Origin: Burkholderiales bacterium
Lineage (GTDB): Bacteria > Pseudomonadota > Gammaproteobacteria > Burkholderiales > Burkholderiaceae_C
Length of the DNA: 64,000 nt
Assembly (NCBI GenBank): GCA_038226155.1
Contig: JBBRQQ010000001.1
Span: forward strand, 55,548 to 119,547
Direction of reading: 5' to 3'
A model generated the notes under the pieces. That model made no database searches. It was not told the origin of the DNA and saw only the letters and a list, made by a program, of their open reading frames with translations. Position numbers and translations under genes: made by a program. Positions 19,602 to 29,693 of this stretch are shown piece after piece (position 1 is the stretch's first letter; the number at the start of each line of letters is the position of its first letter).

Positions 19602-20378
19602 GTGCAGATTACCGGAAACACCCTTCTCATCACAGGCGGCGGCTCAGGTATTGGGCGGGCGCTGGCTGAGGCATTTCATGCCAAAGGCAACCACGTCATC
19701 ATCGCTGGACGCACTCAAGCCTTGCTTGATCAGGTCGTAGCCGCCAACCCCGGCATGGCGCGAGCGGTACTTGACATTGAAAATGCCGAGACGATCAAAG
19801 CCTTTGCCGCGCAACTTGTCAAAGATCACCCGGCGCTCAATGCCGTCATTCACAACGCAGGCGTCATGCGTAATGAAAACCTCAAAAAAGATGATGCAAC
19901 GGTAGCAGAGGAAACCATCGCCACCAACCTGCTTGGCCCGATACGCCTTAACGCTGCGCTGATGCAGCACCTGCTGGAGCAGCCTGGCGCAACGGTGATG
20001 ACCGTCTCATCCGGCCTGGCTTTCATGCCGCTGGCCATGACCCCAAGCTACTGCGCCAGCAAGGCGGCCATCCACTCGTACACTGAGTCGCTGCGCTACC
20101 AGCTCAAAGACACCGCTGTACAGGTGATGGAACTGGTACCGCCCTACGTACAGACCACCTTGATGGGCGAGCGCCAGGCCAATGACCCGCACGCCATGCC
20201 GCTGGCCGCGTTTATCAGCGAAGTCATGGGTTTGATCGAGTCGCAACCCGATGCCAACGAAATTTGCGTGGAGCGTGTCAAAGCCCAGCGCGGCGCGGCC
20301 AGCAGCGGTGGTTACGGTGCATTTTTCAAGCAGTTCAATGACGCCATGCTGGCGGCGCGGGGCGGTGAGATAGCCTAG
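19602..20378 (+). CDS. short-chain dehydrogenase/reductase family oxidoreductase
   Basis: GTG start; TGGGSGIGRALA Rossmann motif, NAG, and S...YCASKAA catalytic motif. Confidence 0.8.
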   Translation: MQITGNTLLITGGGSGIGRALAEAFHAKGNHVIIAGRTQALLDQVVAANPGMARAVLDIENAETIKAFAAQLVKDHPALNAVIHNAGVMRNENLKKDDATVAEETIATNLLGPIRLNAALMQHLLEQPGATVMTVSSGLAFMPLAMTPSYCASKAAIHSYTESLRYQLKDTAVQVMELVPPYVQTTLMGERQANDPHAMPLAAFISEVMGLIESQPDANEICVERVKAQRGAASSGGYGAFFKQFNDAMLAARGGEIA

Positions 20379-20459
20379 CAGCCCACAAACCGAAACCGGA
20401 CAGGCTCGCGGCTTGGCGACAGGTCAGCACGCTGTGAGCTGGAAGTTTGAGATATCTGC

Positions 20460-22757
20460 CTACTTCTTCACGCAATCGGCGTAGTACCGCAACTTGCCTT
20501 TGGCATCCACCTGCTCGACCAGGCCGTGGATGTCGGTCTCAAAACCGGGACACTGCGAATTGAATTCGCGTGCAAACTTCAAATAATCAACAATCTTTTT
20601 GTTGAACACTTCGCCTGGAATCAGCAGAGGAATACCCGGCGGGTATGGCGTGACGAGGCCAACCGTGACGCGGCCTTCCAGCTGGTCGATCTCGACCCGC
20701 TCGGTCTTGCGCTGGGCGATGTGGGCGTAGGCATCGCTGGGCTTCATGGCCGGGGTCAGGTCGCTCTGGTACACCTCGGTGGTCAGTCGCGCAATGTCGT
20801 ACTTGGCATACAGCGTGTGAATGTGCTGGCATAAATCGGCCAGTCCCATGCGCTCGTATTTGGGAAACTTCTGGCAAAACTCGGGCAGGATGCGCCACAT
20901 CGGCTGGTTCTTGGCGTAATCGTCCTTGAATTGCTGCAAGCCAGTCAGCAGCGTGTTCCAGCGGCCTTTGGTAATGCCGATGGTGAACATGATGAAGAAG
21001 CTGTAAAGGCCGGTTTTTTCAACGATCACGCCGTGCTCGGCGAGGAATTTCGTCACGATGGATGCCGGGATGCCTGTTTTTGCGAACTTGCCGTTCAGGT
21101 CCAGCCCCGGTGTGACGATGGTGCACTTGATGGGGTCCAGCATGTTGAAGCCAGTGGCCATCTGACCAAAGCCGTGCCAGTTGTTGGCTCCATTTTTGGC
21201 AGTTTTGGCGCTGCGTGACTCGCCCTTGATGATCCAGTCTTTCGACTCGCCAATGCCTTCCTCCACCACCTTGTCGGGGCCCCAGACCTTGAACCACCAG
21301 TCATCACCGTACTCTTCGTCAATCTTGCGCATGGCACGCCTGAAGTCGAGCGACTCGGCAATGCTTTCCTCAACCAGCGCAGTGCCGCCGGGCGGCTCCA
21401 TCATGGCCGCGGCAACATCGCAACTGGCAATGATGCTGTACTGCGGCGAGGTCGACGTGTGCATCAAATAGGCCTCGTTGAAGAGGTGCCTGTCCAGCTT
21501 GACCTCCTGCGAGTCCTGCACCAGCACATGGCTGGCCTGGCTGATGCCGGCAAGCAGTTTATGGATTGATTGGGTTGCGTACACCACCGCCGTCTTGGGG
21601 CGGATGCGATTTTTGCCCATCGAATGGTAGGTGCCGTAGAAGGGGTGAAACGCGGCGTGCGGCAGCCAGGCTTCGTCAAAGTGCAGGTTCTCGATATACC
21701 CATCGAGCATGCCTTTGATGGTTTCGGTGTTGTAGAGCACGCCGTCGTAGGTGGACTGCGTGAGCGTGAGCACGCGAGGCTTGACCTTGGCTGCATTAAA
21801 GCCTTTAACTCCCTTGAGCAGCGGGTTGGCGGCGATCTTGGCTTGAATAGCCTCAGGCTCAAATTCGCTTTGCGGAATCGGCCCGATGATGCCGAAATGG
21901 TTGCGCGTCGGCTTCAAAAATACCGGCACCGCGCCCGTCATGATGATGGCGTGCAAGACGGACTTGTGGCAGTTACGATCAACCACCACAACATCATCAG
22001 GCGCCACAGTATGGTGCCAGACTATCTTGTTGCTGGTCGATGTGCCGTTGGTGACGAAAAAGCAATGGTCAGCGTTGAAGATGCGGGCCGCGTTGCGCTC
22101 GCTGGCGCCAATTGCACCATCGTGGTCAAGCAGTTGCCCAAGCTCTTCAACCGCGTTGCAAACGTCGGCGCGCAGCATGTTTTCGCCATAAAACTGGTGG
22201 TACATCTGGCCGACCGGGCTTTTCAAAAACGCCACACCTCCAGAGTGCCCGGGGCAATGCCATGAATACGATCCATCTTCGGCGTAATCAAGTAACGCCT
22301 TGAAAAACGGCGGTTGTACGCCTTCAAGATAGCTTTTGGCTTCGCGCAGAATATGGCGCGCCACAAACTCTGGCGTGTCCTCAAACATGTGAATGAAGCC
22401 ATGCAGCTCGCGAAGGATATCGTTTGGAATGTGGCGTGAAGTTTTGGTTTCACCGTAAACGTAAATCGGTACGTCCAGATTCTTACGGCGCACCTCTTCA
22501 ATGAAGGTGCGTAAATTCAAAACCGCCGGGTCTAGATCAGGGCCGGGGGTGAACTCCTCATCGTCAATCGACAGTATGAAAGCGCTGGCCCGGCTTTGCT
22601 GCTGGGCAAACTGCGAGAGGTCGCCGTAGCTGGTAACGCCCAGCACTTCAAAGCCTTCGGTCTCTATGGCCTGCGCCAGCGCACGAATGCCGAGACCGGA
22701 GGTGTTCTCGGAGCGGAAGTCTTCGTCAATGATGACGATGGGGAAGCGAAATTTCAT
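20460..22757 (-). CDS. biodegradative-type Orn/Lys/Arg decarboxylase (PLP-dependent)
   Basis: N-terminal wing domain MKFRFPIVIIDEDF and PLP-lysine motif ATQSIHKLLAG; about 765 aa. I prefer the start at 22757. Confidence 0.9.
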   Translation of the reverse strand: MKFRFPIVIIDEDFRSENTSGLGIRALAQAIETEGFEVLGVTSYGDLSQFAQQQSRASAFILSIDDEEFTPGPDLDPAVLNLRTFIEEVRRKNLDVPIYVYGETKTSRHIPNDILRELHGFIHMFEDTPEFVARHILREAKSYLEGVQPPFFKALLDYAEDGSYSWHCPGHSGGVAFLKSPVGQMYHQFYGENMLRADVCNAVEELGQLLDHDGAIGASERNAARIFNADHCFFVTNGTSTSNKIVWHHTVAPDDVVVVDRNCHKSVLHAIIMTGAVPVFLKPTRNHFGIIGPIPQSEFEPEAIQAKIAANPLLKGVKGFNAAKVKPRVLTLTQSTYDGVLYNTETIKGMLDGYIENLHFDEAWLPHAAFHPFYGTYHSMGKNRIRPKTAVVYATQSIHKLLAGISQASHVLVQDSQEVKLDRHLFNEAYLMHTSTSPQYSIIASCDVAAAMMEPPGGTALVEESIAESLDFRRAMRKIDEEYGDDWWFKVWGPDKVVEEGIGESKDWIIKGESRSAKTAKNGANNWHGFGQMATGFNMLDPIKCTIVTPGLDLNGKFAKTGIPASIVTKFLAEHGVIVEKTGLYSFFIMFTIGITKGRWNTLLTGLQQFKDDYAKNQPMWRILPEFCQKFPKYERMGLADLCQHIHTLYAKYDIARLTTEVYQSDLTPAMKPSDAYAHIAQRKTERVEIDQLEGRVTVGLVTPYPPGIPLLIPGEVFNKKIVDYLKFAREFNSQCPGFETDIHGLVEQVDAKGKLRYYADCVKK

Positions 22758-22930
22758 AATGATTCTGTAGGGCGAGGACAAATTGTGGGGCGCCTGGAAA
22801 GCGCAGCGGAGCTGGCGACGCCAGGCCGAATCAGCGAAGTGTACGGAAATAAAATGGCAACGTACCAGCAGCGGCTTGTAATTGCCTCAAAATGTCTCAC
22901 ATGTCCTACAAAACCTGAAAGGAGATTGGT

Positions 22931-23374
22931 ATGGCTGAATCAACTATCTGGTGGCTGCTGGCGGGTGGCGCTGTCGCCATAGAGCTGGCAACCGGGACGT
23001 TTTACCTGCTGATGATCAGCCTGGGGCTGATAGCTGCGGCGATCGCTGCACATTTGGGTCTGCACTTGACTGGGCAGATCATCACTGCGGCCATGGTGAG
23101 CGGTGGCGCGGTGGCGCTCTGGCACTGGCAAAGTATGCGCAGGCCACAGGCCCAGCCCGCCAGTTCAAACCGCGACGTGCACATTGACATTGGCGAGCCC
23201 GTGCAAGTTGCGCAGTGGAATACCGATGGCACGGCAACGGTCAAATACCGTGGTGCAAACTGGACTGCTGTGCTGGCCAGGCCTGTCGCCGCGCCCGCAC
23301 TTGAGGCAAACGCTACGGGGCTGTTTCGTATCAAGGAGCTGATTGGCAACAGACTTGTCATCGAGAAGGTTTAA
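22931..23374 (+). CDS. NfeD family membrane protein
   Basis: Two or three N-terminal TM helices plus a C-terminal OB-like tail (GTATVKYRGANWTAV), immediately upstream of an SPFH gene. Confidence 0.8.
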   Translation: MAESTIWWLLAGGAVAIELATGTFYLLMISLGLIAAAIAAHLGLHLTGQIITAAMVSGGAVALWHWQSMRRPQAQPASSNRDVHIDIGEPVQVAQWNTDGTATVKYRGANWTAVLARPVAAPALEANATGLFRIKELIGNRLVIEKV

Positions 23375-23429
23375 GCTGATTTGAACCTGGGCCAGGCAGC
23401 CTGGATATTTGATTTACTGGAGAAAATTT

Positions 23430-24341
23430 ATGGAAATCGCACTCGTCATCCTCATCGTCGCAGTCATCTTTATTGTGCGAAGCATCAAGGTCGTGCCGCA
23501 GCAAAACGCCTGGGTCGTCGAGCGTCTGGGAAAATACCACGGCAGTCTGACGCCGGGCCTGAATTTTCTGGTGCCTTTTGTTGACCGTGTTGCCTACAAA
23601 CACAGCCTGAAGGAAATCCCGCTCGATGTACCCAGCCAGGTCTGTATCACGCGTGACAACACGCAGTTGCAGGTGGACGGCATTCTCTACTTTCAGGTAA
23701 CCGACCCTATGCGAGCCAGCTACGGCTCATCGAACTACATCGTAGCCGTCACGCAGCTCGCGCAAACCTCGCTACGCTCAGTCATCGGCAAGCTTGAGCT
23801 CGACAAAACCTTTGAAGAGCGCGACATCATCAATGCCCAGGTGGTCGCAGCGATTGATGAAGCTGCGTTGAACTGGGGTGTGAAGGTGCTCCGCTACGAA
23901 ATAAAAGACCTGACCCCGCCGAAAGAAATCCTGCACGCCATGCAGTCGCAGATCACCGCTGAACGCGAAAAGCGCGCTCTGATTGCCGCATCCGAAGGCC
24001 GCCGCCAGGAGCAAATCAACATCGCCACCGGCGAGCGCGAAGCATTTATTGCCCGGTCTGAAGGCGCAAAGCTGGCTGCCATCAATAACGCTCAAGGTGA
24101 AGCCGCCGCCATACTGGCCGTAGCTGATGCCAACGCCAAGGCGATTGAGATGGTCGCCGCTGCGATTCGCCAGCCGGGCGGCGAGCAGGCCGTGCAGCTT
24201 AAGGTCGCTGAAAAGGCTGTCGAGGCCTATTCGCAAGTGGCAAAAGATTCCAAAACCACGCTGATTGTGCCGAGCAACATGACTGAAGTATCTGCATTAA
24301 TTTCCTCTGCCATGAAGATGGTTCAAAGTAACAAGGTCTGA
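23430..24341 (+). CDS. SPFH/band-7 (stomatin/paraslipin-like) protein
   Basis: MEIALVILIVAVIFIVRSIKVVPQQNAWVVERLGKY, and a LELDKTFEERD..INA core. Confidence 0.9.
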   Translation: MEIALVILIVAVIFIVRSIKVVPQQNAWVVERLGKYHGSLTPGLNFLVPFVDRVAYKHSLKEIPLDVPSQVCITRDNTQLQVDGILYFQVTDPMRASYGSSNYIVAVTQLAQTSLRSVIGKLELDKTFEERDIINAQVVAAIDEAALNWGVKVLRYEIKDLTPPKEILHAMQSQITAEREKRALIAASEGRRQEQINIATGEREAFIARSEGAKLAAINNAQGEAAAILAVADANAKAIEMVAAAIRQPGGEQAVQLKVAEKAVEAYSQVAKDSKTTLIVPSNMTEVSALISSAMKMVQSNKV

Positions 24342-24351
24342 TTCGATAACG

Positions 24352-24726
24352 ATGGACACGCAAAATGTTTTAGGCACTGCACTGGTGCCTTGCTCTTATG
24401 ACCCGTTAACCGGCTATTTTCGAGACGGTTGCTGCAAATCCGACTCGTCGGATCATGGCTCGCACCTGATCTGTGCCCGCGTAACAGATGCCTTTCTGGT
24501 TTTTTCAACTGCACGCGGCAACGACCTGGTAACGCCGCGCCCCGAATACCGCTTTGCAGGCCTTAAGGCGGGTGACCGCTGGTGCCTGTGCGCCAACCGC
24601 TGGCGTGAAGCTTTAGAAGCTGGCGCAGCGCCGCCCGTGGTATTGGAGTCAACCCACCTTGGCGCACTAAAGTTTGTGACCATGGCGCAGCTCGAAAAAC
24701 ACCGTTTTCAGGATGCTCTTCAGTGA
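24352..24726 (+). CDS. DUF2237 family protein
   Basis: NVLGTALVPCSYDPLTGYFRDGCC...DRWCLCANRWREA is the characteristic DUF2237 Cys pattern. Confidence 0.8.
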   Translation: MDTQNVLGTALVPCSYDPLTGYFRDGCCKSDSSDHGSHLICARVTDAFLVFSTARGNDLVTPRPEYRFAGLKAGDRWCLCANRWREALEAGAAPPVVLESTHLGALKFVTMAQLEKHRFQDALQ

Positions 24727-24762
24727 GCCCCGTCGAGGCCACTGCTACAATCACAACCAAAC

Positions 24763-24852
24763 GGAAGGGTGGATGAGCGGTTTAAGTCATACGCCTGGAA
24801 AGCGTACGTGGGGTTAAACCCACCGCGGGTTCGAATCCCGCCTCTTCCGCCA
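24763..24852 (+). tRNA. tRNA-Ser (anticodon GGA)
   Basis: 90 nt. Acceptor GGAAGGG pairs with CTCTTCC (one G.T pair). Anticodon arm is TACGC-CTGGAAA-GCGTA. It has a long variable arm, a GGTTCGAATCC T-loop and an encoded CCA. Confidence 0.95.
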
Positions 24853-24863
24853 AGTAGTCAATG

Positions 24864-24892
24864 AAAAAAGCCACCTCTCGGTGGCTTTTTTT
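24864..24892. terminator. Bidirectional intrinsic terminator
   Basis: AAAAAAGCCACC-TCTC-GGTGGCTTTTTTT between tRNA-Ser (+) and the convergent binding-protein gene (-). Confidence 0.85.
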
Positions 24893-24914
24893 ATGGCTAC
24901 AGAAAGCGCATCTA

Positions 24915-26045
24915 TTAGTTCAGCGGAAATTTCTTGCCATCTTTGTAGACGTACAAGGTGATGGCCGGGTTTTTCAGCTCACCATTGGGCTCAAAGGCGA
25001 TCGTTGTGGTTACGCCCTTGAAGTTGGTTTTGATCAGCTCCGGGGTATAGACCTTGGGGTCGGTTGAATTGGCGCGCTTCATGGCGTCGACCAGCACGAA
25101 AGTGGCGTCGTAGGTGTAAGGGCTGTAAACCTGAAATTGTTTTGGAAATTTGGCTTCGTAGCGCTTCATCCAGGCTTCGCCGCCGGGCATTTTGGCCAGC
25201 GAGGCACCGCCTTCAGCGCAAACCACATTACCAATGGTTTTTGCACCAGCGGCCAGTTTGGCGATTTCTGCGGTACAGATGCCGTCACCGCCAAAGAATT
25301 TGACGTTGTTCATGCCAAGCTGCTCCATCTGGCGTAGCATCGGGCCTGCCTGCGAGTCCATACCGCCGTAGAAAATCGCATCCGGGTTTTTGGCTTTAAC
25401 AGCCGTCAGAATAGCCATGAAGTCAGTCGCTTTGTCGGTTGTGAACTGCTCATCCACGACCGTCATACCTTTGGCCATTGCGGTTTTCTTGAATACCTCG
25501 GCAACACCCTGGCCGTAAGCGGTTCGGTCGTCAATGATGGCAACGCGCTTGAGTTTGAGGGCATCAGCAGCATAAAAAGCCAGCCCGGCACCCAAGGCCA
25601 AGTCGTTGGCGATGATGCGGTAGGTGGTTTTGTAACCCGGCTTGGTCAGGTTGGGATTGGTTGCCGCGCCGGTTACGTGGGGAATGCCGCAGTCGTTGTA
25701 CACCTTGGATGCGGGGATGGTGGTGCCGGAATTGAGGTGGCCAACGACTCCAGCTACTTTTGCATCGCACAATTTTTGTGCGGCTGCGGTGCCCTGTTTT
25801 GGATCGGCAGCATCGTCTTCAGCAACGATTTCAAACTTGATTTTCTTGCCGCCAATAACGATGTTCTGGGCGTTCAGGTCTTCAATCGCCATGCGCACGC
25901 CATTTTCGTTGTCCTTGCCATAGTGGGCTTGCGAACCTGAAAGCGGTGCAACGTGACCAATCTTGACGATCGTGTCTTGCGCTGAGGCCATGCCGGTCAG
26001 CGTTGCGAGAGCAGCCAAGGCTGTCAGTTTGAATTTCATTTGCAT
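24915..26045 (-). CDS. branched-chain amino acid ABC transporter substrate-binding protein (LivK family)
   Basis: Signal peptide, then IVKIGHVAPLSGSQAHYGKDNENG. Type-I periplasmic binding fold; 376 aa. Confidence 0.85.
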   Translation of the reverse strand: MQMKFKLTALAALATLTGMASAQDTIVKIGHVAPLSGSQAHYGKDNENGVRMAIEDLNAQNIVIGGKKIKFEIVAEDDAADPKQGTAAAQKLCDAKVAGVVGHLNSGTTIPASKVYNDCGIPHVTGAATNPNLTKPGYKTTYRIIANDLALGAGLAFYAADALKLKRVAIIDDRTAYGQGVAEVFKKTAMAKGMTVVDEQFTTDKATDFMAILTAVKAKNPDAIFYGGMDSQAGPMLRQMEQLGMNNVKFFGGDGICTAEIAKLAAGAKTIGNVVCAEGGASLAKMPGGEAWMKRYEAKFPKQFQVYSPYTYDATFVLVDAMKRANSTDPKVYTPELIKTNFKGVTTTIAFEPNGELKNPAITLYVYKDGKKFPLN

Positions 26046-26216
26046 AAAAATACTCCGGTTAAGAACTTGTGAAAACTTTTGAATGGCTGTGAGCAGATTT
26101 TGTTATGCCACGGGCAAGAACATATCGCAATTTTCGCGCCCGCACCATAGCAACGTCCCTAGTTTGGTTTTAATGAAGAACGTCTTAGGGTAAAGCCTAT
26201 TCGGGCAGTGCCGAAT

Positions 26217-26531
26217 TCATTTGCCTTGCGGCGATAGCTCCTGCGCCACCGCCTGACTGACCGACTCGCGCACCACCAGCTCGATTTCTTCGCGAAGCCG
26301 CGGCCCAAGGGCTTGGGTGTGCGCCAGAATCACCTGCCCTACGGCTTCCCGCAGTCGCCGTTCAAGCACCAGGTCAACTCGCTGCATCACGCGGTGTACC
26401 ACCTGGTCTTCCAGCAGTTCGATGGCTGCAGGCGTGGAGACAAAAGGCATCCGCTGCTCCCGCGCCAGGATCGGCTGGACGACATCCGTCAGGGTGGGTA
26501 CAAAACGTGGTGGCACTGGCAACTGGCTCAT
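26217..26531 (-). CDS. hypothetical protein translationally coupled to holC
   Basis: Starts MSQLPVPPRFVPTLTD. Its ATG overlaps the holC TGA (ATGA). Predicted helical, with no domain I recognise. Confidence 0.5.
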   Translation of the reverse strand: MSQLPVPPRFVPTLTDVVQPILAREQRMPFVSTPAAIELLEDQVVHRVMQRVDLVLERRLREAVGQVILAHTQALGPRLREEIELVVRESVSQAVAQELSPQGK

Positions 26532-26965
26532 GCGGCCTCCCGGCTTGCTGACAGGTCGTTTTGTTTTAATGGGTAACCCATGTCCTTGTAATGTTTCCAA
26601 CGCTGACGCCCGACAAGCTTGTCGTTTTCCTGCCCCGAGACCACTTCAATGAAGCGTTGAAAGCGTTCAAAGTCATCGGGTACTTTTTGCCCGAGATTGA
26701 TCAACACCCTGTCTGCCGGGCAACTCTCAAGCTGGTCTGCCAGCAGCACGGGAGTCGCCGCCAGCAGCTGCCCGTTCGACGTTGCCATGCAATGCGGTAC
26801 AAACTCGGTGGGCGAAAAGCGCCATAGCAACTGGTCAAGTTCTGTCAAAAGTCCGGGTTCTGCCGTAACCACGGCCTTGACACCTGTGCGGCAGGCTTTG
26901 CGCAACAGGCGGCAGGTATAGGCGAGTTTGTCGGGCACGTTGAAATGAAATTCAATCTCGGTCAT
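26528..26965 (-). CDS. holC: DNA polymerase III subunit chi
   Basis: MTEIEFHFNVPDKLAYTCRLLRKA...LLWRFSPTEFVPH is the chi family pattern. Overlaps pepA by 4 nt, as in the classical pepA-holC pair. Confidence 0.85.
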   Translation of the reverse strand: MTEIEFHFNVPDKLAYTCRLLRKACRTGVKAVVTAEPGLLTELDQLLWRFSPTEFVPHCMATSNGQLLAATPVLLADQLESCPADRVLINLGQKVPDDFERFQRFIEVVSGQENDKLVGRQRWKHYKDMGYPLKQNDLSASREAA

Positions 26966-28509
26966 GTAGCGCGGAGCTTGGTAGCGCTGGACGGTTTGGT
27001 GACGGGTTTAATTCTGGATTGCCGGGATTTTGCCGGGGCCATATCGGTCTTTACCGCCTTGACTGTCTTGACGGCCTGATCCAGGAGGTAGTCCACCAGC
27101 AGTCCAACGGGCCGGCCTGTCGAGCCTTTGGCTGCCCCACCCTTCCAGGCGGTGCCGGCAATGTCCAGATGCGCCCACGGGAATTTGCTGGTGAAGCGCT
27201 GCAAAAACTTGGCTGCAGTGACAGCGCCACCCGCACGGCCGGCGACGTTGGCTACATCGGCAAAATTGGTTTTAAGTCCTTCGGCATATTCATCATCCAG
27301 CGGCATGCGCCAGCACAGATCAAGGGACGACTCCCCGGCTTCTGAAAGCGCCTTCGCCAGCGCGTCGTCACTGGAAAACATTCCGCTGCGCACGCCGCCA
27401 AGGGCCACCACGCAGGCACCCGTCAGCGTGGCGATGTCCACCACCGCCTTCGGCTTGAAGCGCTCGGCATAGGTCAGCGCATCGCACAACACCAGACGGC
27501 CTTCTGCGTCGGTGTTGAGGATTTCAATCGTCTGCCCGCTCATGCTGGTCACCACGTCGCCGGGCTTGACGGCGCGGCCATCGGGCATGTTCTCGCAGGA
27601 TGGGATCAGCCCCACTACGTTGATGACCGGCTTCAGTTCCGCAAGTGCCCTGAAGGTGCCCAGCACGCTGGCCGCACCGCACATGTCGAACTTCATTTCG
27701 TCCATCTCGCCAGCGGGCTTGATGGATATGCCGCCGGAATCAAAAGAAATGCCCTTGCCGACCAGAACGATTGGGGCTGCAGTTTTTGCAGCGCCGTCGT
27801 AACGCAGCACGATAAAACGCAAAGGCTCTACGGAGCCCTGGGCCACCGCCATGAAGGACCCCATGCCCAGTTTGGCGACTTCTCTGGGGCCCAGAATGTC
27901 AACCTTGATCTTTGGCAACTTGCCCAACTCTCTCGCCGCACCTGCAAGCAGGACTGGCGTGGCGTGATTGGCAGGGCGATTACCCCATTCCCTGGCCAGC
28001 GCGATGCCTTTGGCCAGGCCAACACCCTTGTCAAAACCCGATTTACACATAGCCGCATCTGGGACCGCCACCACCACACGCTCGACAGGCTTGGTGACCG
28101 CTTTCGACTTCGTCGCGGTATACGAGTAGGCCGCATCGCCAGCTGCTACCACGGCAGCGCGCACCACATCCGCAGACAACACTGGCAAGGCGCCCAAACT
28201 CAGTAGCACGCGTTTCACGTTGCTGTTTTTAAGTGCGCCCATCGCCGCCAGCACCGCAGCCCGCACATTTTTTGCGCTGCCATCGCCAACCCCGACCAGC
28301 ACCAGTCGCGTCGCCGCAATGCCCGCCGGGCGGTAACTGACCAGCAACTTGCCCGGCTTGGCTTCAAAATCGCCCGCCTTGATGGCCTGTGCCGCCAGTT
28401 GTGATGCCGGGTCATTACCCGCTATGGCTGGTTGAGCAAGTACCACCAGCGCATCGCATTTTTCAGTGCAAACACGGGCAAAGGTGAATGTTTTAAGTTC
28501 AAAGTCCAT
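26962..28509 (-). CDS. pepA: leucyl aminopeptidase (M17)
   Basis: LVGKGISFDSGGISIKP and NTDAEGRLVLCDAL metal-site motifs. Start taken at MDFELKTF (28509). Confidence 0.9.
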   Translation of the reverse strand: MDFELKTFTFARVCTEKCDALVVLAQPAIAGNDPASQLAAQAIKAGDFEAKPGKLLVSYRPAGIAATRLVLVGVGDGSAKNVRAAVLAAMGALKNSNVKRVLLSLGALPVLSADVVRAAVVAAGDAAYSYTATKSKAVTKPVERVVVAVPDAAMCKSGFDKGVGLAKGIALAREWGNRPANHATPVLLAGAARELGKLPKIKVDILGPREVAKLGMGSFMAVAQGSVEPLRFIVLRYDGAAKTAAPIVLVGKGISFDSGGISIKPAGEMDEMKFDMCGAASVLGTFRALAELKPVINVVGLIPSCENMPDGRAVKPGDVVTSMSGQTIEILNTDAEGRLVLCDALTYAERFKPKAVVDIATLTGACVVALGGVRSGMFSSDDALAKALSEAGESSLDLCWRMPLDDEYAEGLKTNFADVANVAGRAGGAVTAAKFLQRFTSKFPWAHLDIAGTAWKGGAAKGSTGRPVGLLVDYLLDQAVKTVKAVKTDMAPAKSRQSRIKPVTKPSSATKLRAT

Positions 28510-28574
28510 AATTGAAGGTCCGGCCAATCAGAAAATTAGTGAAATAAAAGCAGCATAAAGCGATTTCCCAGTCA

Positions 28575-29693
28575 ATGTTATTCCAATCTTCGATTCGCAG
28601 AGAGCTGGCCCGCAGCTTTGGGGCCACGCTGGTGGTCATCATCACCATTGTGCTGACCATTGTGCTGATCCGAACGCTGGGTCAGGCATCAAGAGGCATC
28701 ATCAACCCCCAGGATGTGATGCTGTTCATGGCCTATTCGGCGCTCGGCCGCTTACCGACCATCCTGACGCTGTCGCTCTTCATCGCCATGGTCGGCACAC
28801 TGTCACGCATGTACCGGGACAGCGAAATGGTGGTCTGGTTCACCACCGGGCAAAGCCTGACGGTTTTTTTGCGCCCATTGTTTCGCTTTTCATGGCCTGT
28901 TCTGCTCATCATTGCGCTGGTGTCGATGTTTGTCTGGCCCTGGACAAACCAGCAAACCAAGGATATGAAAGAGCGCTACGAAGGCCGTAGCGACCTGGAC
29001 CGCCTGGCCCCGGGGCAGTTTCAGGAATCGTCCAGTGGTAACCGCGTTTTCTTTATTGACCGGGATGCCTCGGTTAACCAGAAATCGAGCAGCAACGTTT
29101 TCATTGCTGCCAACGAAAACGGAAAGAACTCGATCACAACAGCCCGCTCGGGCAGGATTGAAACGACCGGCAGCAGCCAGGTCATGCTGCTGCAAAACGG
29201 CGAACGCCTTGAAAGCGAGGTCGGCAAGGCGGGAATGAAAATCACCGAATTCGAGGAGTACGGCAGTAAGAACGGAGATGCCACCCAGCTCAATATTGAC
29301 GCAAGCGATGCAAAATTGCTGTCCGTTCCCGTCCTCATTAAATCGCAGACCCGCGCCAATGCCAGCGAGCTTGCCTGGCGGCTGGGGCTGGCATTGGCTG
29401 CCGTCAATTTTGTGGTTCTGGCCGCCGCACTGGCCAGTGTCAACCCGCGCGGCGGGCGCAGTGGCAACCTGATTTTTGTGGTGCTGACCTTTCTGGTCTA
29501 CAACAACCTCATCAACCTTGGGCAAAGCTGGATTTTTGGTGGATCTGTTAGCTTTGGTGCCCTCCTTGTGATACTGCACGGCGGAGTTCTGCTTCTGGCT
29601 TTGGCCTGGCTATTCAAACGCAATGCGAACTGGACCCTGCGGTCAGCGCTGCGCAGACGCGGCGCCAGACCTAACCGGGCAGGTGCAGCATGA
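28575..29693 (+). CDS. lptF: LPS export ABC transporter permease LptF
   Basis: YjgP/YjgQ family architecture (3 TM, periplasmic beta-jellyroll, 3 TM), divergent from pepA as in many proteobacteria. Confidence 0.85.
   Translation: MLFQSSIRRELARSFGATLVVIITIVLTIVLIRTLGQASRGIINPQDVMLFMAYSALGRLPTILTLSLFIAMVGTLSRMYRDSEMVVWFTTGQSLTVFLRPLFRFSWPVLLIIALVSMFVWPWTNQQTKDMKERYEGRSDLDRLAPGQFQESSSGNRVFFIDRDASVNQKSSSNVFIAANENGKNSITTARSGRIETTGSSQVMLLQNGERLESEVGKAGMKITEFEEYGSKNGDATQLNIDASDAKLLSVPVLIKSQTRANASELAWRLGLALAAVNFVVLAAALASVNPRGGRSGNLIFVVLTFLVYNNLINLGQSWIFGGSVSFGALLVILHGGVLLLALAWLFKRNANWTLRSALRRRGARPNRAGAA

Noticed and set aside
24763-24852. tRNA-Ser as an integration hotspot for a genomic island
   Set aside because: No integrase, excisionase or phage gene follows it. 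I did not find a second copy of the tRNA 3' half (GGTTCGAATCCCGCCTCTTCCGCCA) downstream, and the neighbouring genes are ordinary metabolic and core genes.
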